NCBI GenBank assembly: GCA_024704765.1
Contig: JAKMXF010000351.1
Coordinates: 1 to 64,000 of the forward strand
Origin: Oopsacas minuta
Lineage: Eukaryota > Animalia > Porifera
Length of the DNA: 64,000 bases
Direction of reading: 5' to 3'
The position numbers were made by a program, and so were the translations under genes. The stretch's first letter is position 1. Every line of letters starts with the position of its first letter. The notes beneath the pieces were generated by a model, which did no database searches, had not been told where the DNA came from, and was given only the letters and a program-made list of their open reading frames with translations. This document shows, one piece after another, positions 54,231-64,000 of the stretch.

Positions 54231-55007
54231 TCGAAAGTCTATAAAAAGTACTAAGGGAATTGAATTATAGAATACCAAAGAATGCATAGGTAAATTTTGG
54301 GACCATTCTGCGGCTAGATAATTTCCAGAATTGAGTTCAAAGGTGGAGCTCGTGTTTCACAAATTAATCAGAAATTATTGATATTGAGAAGGTTGATGCG
54401 GGGGATAAATTTCAGTATTTTTGGATAAATTTGATATTGTTATAAATGTTTACATCTCACCTATTGATAAATATCTAAATATTTGAGATTCAGTTATAGT
54501 TAGGATAAGAATTAGTATAAGCTAGCCTTACATTATGTAGTATCCCTTAAATGCCCACTACCGTCTAAAATTTTGAATTGCCATAACTCCGCGAGTTTTC
54601 CATATTTTTTAATGAAATTTACATATCATAAACGTTCATATGGCACAGATGTTTATACGAATTTTCAGAATCGAATTCTGACTTTCAGGTGGGGTATTAT
54701 AATTAATTTGTATTAATGGGTAAATGATCAAAAAATTACTATAAAAAGTACGAACTTAACACAAAAATCATAATGCGAAAACGTTTAACTCTCCTGAATC
54801 GAATGAGACTAATTTCGTTATAATCTGATAAGTTGAAGTAGGTTAAATTAGTGATTGAAGTATGCATGATCGAATAGTCTGCTTACTTCACACTCGTAAT
54901 TACAGACAATGCTGTGAACATGGCCAAAATGAGGAGACAGTTAGAAGAAAATATATCAAGTGATTTGAGAACATACGGATGTTCAGCCCATCTGCTATAT
55001 CTATGGG

Positions 55008-55321
55008 CAGTGGCAATGGAACCACGGGGGCTACGGGGGCTAGCGCCCGCCTGAATATAATTGGGGGGGGGGCTTAGCTGCCGTAAATATACCAGGCTTG
55101 TTTATATAAAATATTTCCCTGTATAAAAGCTAATTTCGTATTTGCAGATTAAATTCAGAAATGCTGTATATTGCCACTGAAACCTGTTAAAGTGAACTGT
55201 TCGATATGCTTGTCATTGATATAAAACTTTTGAAAATCCAACGCCCTTCAAATCAATAATATAACCCGTCAATTTTACGATTTCAGCCCCCCCTGAAAAA
55301 TAATTCATTCCGCCTCCACTG
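55008..55321. mobile_element. hAT-type MITE, 314 bp, inside the hAT transposase
   Basis: Perfect 8-bp TSD TCTATGGG; CAGTGG...CCACTG ends; removing it restores AHLLYLWGQDVQIP. Confidence 0.9.
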
Positions 55322-56958
55322 TCTATGGGGACAAGATGTTCAAATCCCAGAAGCAAAGAACAAGTGCTCTAAATAATTAAATATTTTCGAAATACCCATC
55401 TACCGGCTGCAAAATATAGAGTTTCTAGAGGTAAACCTCTTATTCTTCCACATGCGTGCGATGGAATCACGTTAGTGATTGTTTGGAGAGCTGTAATGCG
55501 AATTGGCCAATACTGATTAAGATTTACGAAGAATATCGTGATCAAATTAATCTTAACATAGCAAACAAGGTAATGAATTACTCCATACAACGAAATGCCG
55601 GGAATTTCTAGTTAGATTAAAGCCGATTTCAGTAGCTTCGGATTGGATTCAAAGAGATAGTGCTCTATCAGCGATACTGTAGAAACTTGGAAAGGTTACA
55701 GGGAGATTAAATTAATACATGATTGCCTACGAATGTATCAACCAAAGTACACAATAGAGCTGTATAAGCCATTACCCCTGCACACCTTTGTAAAAACTTA
55801 ATCCATCCGAGATAGAGGAAAAAAGTTAGTGAGTACAGCGAAGATTGATATAGTCATGGAGCATTTGAGTGATTGGAACTAGGAAATAATGGGAACTTTG
55901 GTAAAGTTCAAAGCAGACCGCGAACTTTTCAAACCCTATATGTTCAAGCAAAGGATAATTGAAAACGCAACACCATCCTGTTGGTGGAGATCTCTAGATT
56001 GAAAAGTGGAAAAGGAGTGTGCAGCGGTAGCAGAAAGGTTCTTGACAGCTGTGGCATCAAGTGCAGGAGTTGAGCGCATATTTTCAACATTTGGATATAT
56101 ACATTCCGATTTAAGGAATAGACTTGGAATCAAGAAGGCGGAAAAACTAATGTTTATCTACAGAATGTTCAATTTACATCCAAACAAAACTCCAAAAATA
56201 TTCAAATATTATTATATTTTCATACTCACACTAAGTTTAGAGTTAGCAAAAAGAACTATGAGACCATATGATTCTCAGTATATTTGATGTGTTAGTCAAA
56301 AGATCTGATATATATTACAAAAAATAATCAAAATCAAAAAATTCTGACATAAATACAAAATCCGATTTTTTTGATATTATTCAAAAGGACTTTTATCAAC
56401 CCTGCGATATAAGTGACATAACCTGACTACATGAAGGGATAGAATGTCGAAAGTTTGAGGGTATTCTCGATAAATATAGAGGTTGTAATGTACAAATTTT
56501 CCAAATGATTTTGGTGGAGGAAATTTTGGTTTGGGTGAAATGACATTTATTGGGCTTAGGTTTGGTGACACTGGAGCTCCTACTTTTTGTTAATAATCTC
56601 GGATAGTCGTGATTCGAGTACATAGAAACGCTGAAACTTTTCTAAATTAGTAAAATTGTTTTTCTTCATGATGAGTCTTCACTTTGTCAAAATCGAGTCA
56701 GAACCTGTGGCTTATTTAGGGGCATTTTTGAATAAATTTCATATTTCAAACTTCAAACATGCATTTTGGCTGAGCCCTGTTGAGTAGGATTTTGACCCGC
56801 AAGTAGCAATTGCAAATCAAGTAATATCAACATTTCATCCCTAGTCACATAGTATTCGTATTTATACATGTGTGACTTCCTGAATGCACACACTAACATT
56901 TTACTTTATTTCTAGATTTCAACATCGACACTTATATTTACTCTTGACATTTTTCATT

Positions 56959-59900
56959 ATGGATGCAACAGAGTATGAAGCAATTCGTGGATACCTCCAG
57001 ACGATATTATCCCACCAGAAATCAAGAGTGATCGCTACAGAAAGAAGAATTTTGTCAGAAAGTGCAAGGGGATTTACTTTCAAGAGAATAAGCTAATGAA
57101 GGTATATTCCTGAATGATATTTTTGATTTATACATATTTCCAAGACATAATTAGAAATCTTGAGGTAACTACATACCTGCGAGGAGGCAGATATGTAGTT
57201 GCCTCATTAAATTTGCGTACAATGGGGAGATGAGAAGGGCGAAAACGCTAGGGGGCTCCTCTGCCCCTCAATGCTACCTATAACCTCAGCGTTTAACTAG
57301 AATAAGTTTCTTGTAGATTTTCAGAAAGAAGAATGGCTGTGTGAAATACTTGGAGATTCCACTAGTCTCAGAAATTAACAACATTATCGGATTCTATCAC
57401 AATGTCACTCATCCTGGAATCAACACTACCATCGATGGAATCCGAAACAAATATGATTGGAATGGTATATACAATGATGTTGGATCCTACGTGAGTTACT
57501 AAATTACGTATTTCTTTCATATATGATTTCCAAGAAAATGTGGCTGAGAACACAGACTTACCAACCCTCCAGGGATACCTGGATTACAAATTTTGAAATC
57601 CAGGGATTTAGCAACGATAAAATCCAGGGAAATTTGCAAAAGGGGTTGGTAAGTCTGAGAACAGGATGTATTTTATAGTTTGAGGTTATTCACCTTGTAA
57701 TTATTCTACTGTATACACCATTATTTGTGCGATCTGATGATATTTAGTATACCGGTATACAATTTTATCATATGGAAATCTATTTGTGCGGTACAACCAA
57801 CCAATCATGTATCTAACAACTAATGATCCTTGCGGTAGTTAGTAATTGGGATAGGTAGTGGGAGTATTTCACATAAACATATTTGCCAACCTGAGTGAAG
57901 AAAAAGCGGGACGGAATGCTAATTTAGTGGGACATCTGGGACGTAGCAAATTACATTAAGACAGGACTGCAAACTGACAATTAAATCATTTCCCGTCCTA
58001 GATCCGAACTTGCCATGACTGTCAAACCTCTGCTGCTCTACCTCCTCAGCCACAACGAGAGCTTCAACCTATTCCTCCTCCTGAAGAACCATGGTGTCAT
58101 TGTGGAATTGATCTCATATGTAATATGTCTCGCACTGTACTTGGATTTCAGCACATTCTTGTCATCGTGTGCTACCTGAGTAAATTTGTAATTGCCCGAC
58201 CACTCAAGACTAAAACATCTAAAGAAATATTGGATTGTTTACAGGAAATTTATCTCTCATTCGGTGTGCCTAACATCCTCCAACATGATCAGGGAACAGA
58301 ATTCTCAAGCAAGGTAACTCATATTTTTACATACTCGAGATTAGTAATTGTAAATACACCAAAGAATTATTCCTGATACACAATGCAACTTACTATATTG
58401 GATATACGTACGTAACAAGTTGCATTGTCAATTGTCAACGCATTGCTTCAATATATACCCTGGTAGGAAATTATGCGTCCTGATCGCTATATTTAAGAAA
58501 CCGTGTGGAAAATTGGATTATAATTTATGTTAAATACTAATAAATAAGAATTTACGAATTAATGCTACTAACTTCGGGAGGAAAATTTACCTTATTAATC
58601 GTTTTATCTTTCTTACTATTGTTGTACAAGACTAAATACATGCGCGTAGTAGATTGTCATTGTTCTCTTATTTACTTTCAAAATAGCAATTTCAGGAATT
58701 TCACAAGAAGATAAATATCAACACCAGAAGAACCACATCATACCACCTACAAAGTAACGGACTTGTTGAGTCACACAACAAAATATTGAAAACGTAAGTA
58801 TTGATGCTAAATATAAATATATATCTATTCAAAGCCTTACATACGTTTAATACACGTCGTTTATAATTAGATAGCTTTGAATCAATTTAACACTTTTACA
58901 AATAGAAAAATCAACAAGATGCAATCTGAAGGGGACACTGAATGGACAGAGAAATTACAGACAGCAGTACTAGCAGTAAATACTCAAACCAAAATCTCTA
59001 CAAGCTACACACCCTTTTATCTCATGTTTGGGAGAGACTCTGATTCATCTAACCTTCTCAATCTTATCACTTCTCCAACTAACCCCGGATTACTAACCGA
59101 AGCTGATGTCTCAGAGGCAGAAGTATCAGAAGATGAGAATATTCAAATGGATGCAAACGAACCACGCCCATTTGACTTGCCTATAACTGATAACGAATGG
59201 ATAGAGAATCTTTCTTCCACACGTAAAGCTGACAGAATGAATGCTATTGAAAACATCAAGGCAGGCCAGAAAGTTCAAAAGAGAACATATAACGGCAAAG
59301 TTAAACACAACAGGTATGAAATAACGGAACACATTCTTTTGTGATGTAACATGTTGGAATTTCATACATCATCTCTTACTAAAATTAAATTAAATTCACT
59401 GACTGTTGTATAATCAGGTAAATATGAAATAGTCTTGAATCGGAACTAATTTATTGTTTCCTCAATTATATGAATTCTTAAATTCCAAAACACTTACTTT
59501 TAGTTATATAATTATCATCATTACAAACTGTACGTAATTGGCACATTATAATTCTTTGTATAATCATTGTGTAAACTTTAGATCAGAATTTGTGGAAGGA
59601 GATGAGGTACTTGTACATAATATAAAGAAAGCCAAGCGACTCCCAGGAACAAAAGATGCAATGAAATATTTGGGACCATATATGATAGAGGAAGTTAAAC
59701 CAAGCGACCTAGTTGCTCGCAAAGACCCAGATAGCAAAACAACAAAATTACCTATCCATCTATCAAGAAAATATCATTCTCGCATGAGCGAAAAACGGCA
59801 GGTTCGAACGAAGACAGGCAAATCAAAGAAGCCCAAAAGATCTTGCAAATTCCCTTCTAGCGGTAAATATATTAGCAAGACAATATTGTACTGAACTATA

Positions 59901-60920
59901 ACTAATTGACTCAGCCCATGATTAAGTACATATAAACTAGCTGTGTTCTGTATTGATTCGATTAATACGTAATAGCAATCCTACATTTCACATATTTATT
60001 ATGTATTTAGATTCTTTGGATGATATATTGAACCTGGATACCATGGAAGAAACATTTGAAACACCGCAACAACACTCAATCTATGAAAATATCGACTCTG
60101 AGCTACTTCAATTGAAACCTCGAATACTATCAGCTCTTGTCAATAACACATACTTAACCCAACTACATGAGAAACTCGCTACAAAAGCTGCATCTCTAAC
60201 TTCATTGAATTTACTATATTCTTACCATCCACCCAACGAACTAAATTTTGAGATTAAGGAGAAACTTGCTGTATCAGCCGGTAATTGGTACGCAGAATAT
60301 CGTTCCTCCTATCCTACTGAAATACCTGAAGAGACACGAAGAGATCTTGACTATCCAATTGCTGTTCTATTACCAGTAATAATTGAGTTAATATTCCCAA
60401 CTGAGCAAGTTCATGAGATCATTGAAATACCAGAACAATCTATACAAAATGCATCAGATCTTATCCCATATCCTAAATGGGGAGGAGAGTATAACAACAT
60501 CGTGCAATCTAACACCTGTTCTATCGACAATATATTGGCTATTCTTAGTTCGAATAAAGCAACCATCATAGACTCACTGAAGTTAATCGGAAGTACACAT
60601 ACTGAAGCTGAATTCCATTACATATTCCAATTGGCTGCTAATTGTGAATTTGAGAAACTTCGAGAATATTGCCAGACATTTTTGCAGGTGATATTGACAA
60701 ACACTTTACCATCAGTCACAACCAACGGACACTTCACTACCAACTTGCTGGCTTTAGCATATTGAGCAATAGACACTTCTATTCAATCCTTTACCAAAAC
60801 GGGCAATTCTATAAATATGACGGAATGAGAGAACCAATTATCCAACTTTGGGACTGTGACACTTTCATCGGGTCACTCAATACTGTTTCTACCTCTTGCA
60901 CTCTTCTGACTAATTCTTAG
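56959..60920 (+). pseudogene. 7-exon Ginger transposase: H2C2 + DD35E integrase + GPY/F + cysteine-protease-like tail; two frame breaks
   Basis: Exons 56959-57101, 57317-57490, 58002-58313, 58687-58793, 58906-59313, 59582-59862, 60011-60920; all introns GT-AG with matching phases; HNVTHPGI..CHDC, GIDLI, QHDQG, QSNGLVE (D-35-E), YLGPY. Confidence 0.9.
57553..57657. mobile_element. 105-bp MITE in Ginger intron 2 with apparent 6-bp TSD
   Basis: 15-bp TIR CAGACTTACCAACCC / GGGTTGGTAAGTCTG; AGAACA on both flanks. Confidence 0.88.
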
Positions 60921-62093
60921 CGGTTCACGACTCTTTTCCATCATTCAAAAGCGCTCAAAGGCAAGGTACGTCAAACTTTGTGGGGACCTCTACCCGAGGT
61001 TATTCAGGCAACGCAATCCCTATCATGGTGAGCCCAGATAATGGAAACGCGACCTGCAACAGCACATCCCCAGTTACGAATATCATCACTCTACCATCTA
61101 AGTATATTGCGAGAAAGGCAGCGCAACTGACGAGTCTACGCCGAGACGAAATACAGCATGGAATCAGATACAAGCGAGTTTCTTATCTATTTTTTATTAT
61201 TTAATGTCTCCTTGTCTGTGGCCGTTCGGGGTCCGTTAGCTCCTCGTGTGTCTGTTAACTTGCGATTTATTGTACGTATTCGTTTATGTTGCAGCTTAGA
61301 GTCAAATTTGGTGTGATCGCAATCACATTAAACTCGCTCCAACATTGCACACATAAACAAGGTCAGGTTAACGTTAAACGTTTAGCGTTAGGGGGTGGCT
61401 GTAAGGGGAAGGAGGAGGCCACCGCAGCTGACTTGTTTTGTTTATAGAAATCTAGTGTTTTCCGGGAGTATGCAGCGTGCCAGAGGCTCGCGGTTTTCAC
61501 CTCAACTCTATATGTGTATCAACATTATACCAAGACTCCTTTAACAAATGCATAGTCTACGCTTGTCCACTAGATGAACATATTTCAGTGGTTATTCCTT
61601 AAAGTTTGTATCAAGTATAGAGAAATGGGAAAAGATGAACTCGCCTACAATTCGTACTTAAGATATTCCGAATATTCATTATCATGCTAATGCTTGCAAA
61701 ATTTTTATATTTGATAGAATATATTGCAATATATAGATTGACATGTTAAATTATATTATTTATTATGAGTTATTAAATATAATTATCAAATACCAACCAC
61801 CTTCTGTACAAGTAATATTATTATATAATATTTATATACACTGTCTATTATTGGCATTTTGGATAATTATACATATTGTAAATTTGTAATACGTAGTGGG
61901 AATATAGATTACAAGTTATCAAACAAATTCACTACTTTCTAGAATCCAACTCTAAATTGACTTGTTTATCCAGTTACGTATACGTATGGCAAGTCTAAAG
62001 TTGAATTACATTGTGTATATTTAGTGGTAATTACGTAATGAAAGTGTATGGAAATCGAAAAACTCAAATGCCAGAGAAGATTACTTTAGGGAC

Positions 62094-62314
62094 AAAATCC
62101 TATGACAATAATACATTATATGCGGGTCAAAATCCTACGATAATAATATATTATATGCGGGTCCAAATCCTACGACAATAATATATTACATGCGGGTCAA
62201 AATCCTACAACAATAATACATTATATGCGGGTCAAAATCCTACGACAATAATATATTATATGCAGGTCAGAATCCTACGACAATAATACATTATATGCGG
62301 GTCAAAATTCTACG
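62094..62314. repeat. 6.3 x 35-bp subterminal tandem repeat containing the Ginger TIR core
   Basis: Unit AAAATCCTACGACAATAATACATTATATGCGGGTC; unit junctions form GCGGGTCAAAATCCTAC, the TIR core. Confidence 0.95.
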
Positions 62315-64000
62315 GCTGTAATTAGTGTAATACATTTTGATGCAGGTCAAAATCCTACACATATATTACATCGTAGGATTTTGACCCGCACCATGGATAT
62401 GCTATTAGGATTTTGTACTGCTGGTCAAAATCCTACGCAACAGCTCTATCTAATAATGTTATTTTTGAAATTCCAAAAAGTTGAGAATGACATCAAAATT
62501 CTGTCATAAGTGTCAATTTTATTACAAGTCTATAATTTCCTGAGCCAAGGCCAAAATCAGCCTGGGGTCTTCAAGTTTCTTCAATCAATCCCGAACATAC
62601 AATAGATATATACTCGAATACACAGATACATGCCGATTAATCACGTTTTAATAGTTTAGATGTGTATACAGCATAGTTGTCAAGTCTCATGGATCTGAAG
62701 TGAGTTTTCACAAATTGTAACCGAATGCCACTTTAACTTTTGCGTGAATCAATACTGCATAGGGAACTTAAAAAGTAGCAAACGAATAAGTTTTCAAATA
62801 TATGGCCATGCAACTGAGACACCCTTATGTACATTGGTATTTTCGTAATCGATTGAAAGAACCCCTAGGGCAATATTTCCCAATAAAGGGGTATTTTCGG
62901 CCTTTGCGTCAAGTTCGAGTCTTGTACGAAAATACACAGCAATGACGAAATTATGACGTAAGTGTCGTATTTTAGATTTTGGAAGAATCACAGTATTAAC
63001 CGCTGCTCAGATATTACGTATGATAGAAGATTGAAAATGGATCACAGGCACTATTCGATATGCGAAATACCCTTGAAGGCATGATTTTGAAAATTGCAAG
63101 CTCATCATGGAATCATTACGTCACCATGACTGAACCAAATATCGCAAATTGGTAAATTCCCAAAGTTTGATAATTTCGAATTATCAGAGTTTGGAAGCAC
63201 GCGAAAAGTGCCTGCTACTAAAAATACATGTTTGCAAGCAGAGCAGCTCAAGTATGCTCAGGGGACCGAAGTTTGAATGTATCATATGTTATTATAAGTA
63301 CAAACGGCAGAAGCAAGAATAGATTGGCCGTTTAAGGGAGGAGATTTCGGCCTAGAGATACTCCGTGTCTACTGCCTATGTGGGCCTAATATATACAAAG
63401 GTAAAATGAAAGACACGGTAGCTTCCATTTCTTCAGACTGTCTCATCAAATGTATAAATGTCTAAAAGTACTTAAGTAGAGAATCTCTAACTGAGTATCT
63501 TAACCTGTGGTTATATTCCCAAACATGACCACAGTATGCTTACAGAGATTTGTATATGGATTTTGGGTCAAGTTGAAGCTCAATGACCAATTTGACCAAA
63601 CGGGGCCAAATATGACCTAACATGGCAAATTTGACCAAACCTGTCGATCTGGGTGTAGTCATGGTAAAATGTTCTAAACAATGCTACCATATCTCGTGAG
63701 AGTTTGAGCACACCCTGATCTAGAAGAATATGAATACACTGACCAAAATTATTACTTAAACATCACTAAAAATACAATTGCTTAACCTGGCTATATAGAG
63801 ATTATGTAAATATACATACAATACCTAAGAGAACTATTTGACTAGGGTAGGTAATATTGTTCGTGCTAAATCTATGAATATTATCAAATTGGATATTTTC
63901 TAGAGAGATTCAGCTCCTTAAATGTATAATGAACTTATTAATTTTTCAATTGCTAATTGCACAAATTTCAAATTAGATGGAACAATTCTGATGGTAATTC

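Larger units (their letters stand above)
40324..54896. mobile_element. Mutator-like (MULE) element, 14573 bp with nested cargo (about 5.4 kb without)
   Basis: Ends CGAGGGTGAAGTGAGCAGACTATT vs CGAGTGTGAAGTAAGCAGACTATT (22/24); 10-bp TSD TAGTTACAGA / TAATTACAGA; 40354-40376 is inverted at about 54254-54276. Confidence 0.82.
39900..56404 (+). mobile_element. hAT (ZBED1/DUF659-like) element split by a 14.6-kb MULE and a MITE
   Basis: LDWWSNIHNEPVV...CRVRSLVTD rejoins in frame to NAVNMAKMRRQL..YGCSAHLL; C-terminal SSAGVERIFSTFGYIHSDLRNRL (56006-56287); right TIR TTTATCAACCCTG ends at 56404; left end not found. Confidence 0.85.
56778..62442 (+). mobile_element. Ginger (Gypsy-integrase-related DNA transposon), 5665 bp
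   Basis: TGT...ACA ends; TIR TGTTGAGTAGGATTTTGACCCGCA vs TGTTGCGTAGGATTTTGACCAGCA (22/24); 4-bp TSD GCCC/GCTC; no RT or gag. Confidence 0.88.

Noticed and set aside
57317-59862. Gypsy LTR retrotransposon or endogenous retrovirus
   Set aside because: No gag, protease, RT or LTRs; has TIRs, a 4-bp TSD and introns, as expected for Ginger
62094-62314. CRISPR array (35-bp units)
   Set aside because: No spacers; the units are copies of the Ginger TIR core

Overview
AT-rich eukaryotic (probably invertebrate animal; inference) window made almost entirely of nested, mostly decayed cut-and-paste DNA transposons, with one clear host gene, an intronless ALG14 (12753-13373, minus strand). Superfamilies supported by motifs, TIRs and TSDs: Tc1 (DD34E), mariner (DD34D), maT (DD37D), pogo/Tigger, hAT (three clades), P/THAP9-like, Transib/RAG1-like, MULE (two types), PIF/Harbinger and Ginger. 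I recognised no reverse transcriptase, rRNA, tRNA or CRISPR array. Highlight: a complete-ended 3.1-kb RAG1-like/Transib element (19650-22766). Both ends begin with the exact V(D)J RSS heptamer CACAGTG, it has an apparent 6-bp TSD, its DDE and Zn-site motifs are retained, and it carries no RAG2-like gene. It is the innermost layer of a four-level nest (mariner > pogo-type MITE > hAT > RAG1-like). A second, divergent RAG1-like relic lies about 7 kb away. Also notable are a 7-exon Ginger integrase element ending in a USP-like cysteine-protease domain and a long-TIR NOF-like MULE with an OTU domain. All alignments and translations were done by eye; family names need database confirmation.
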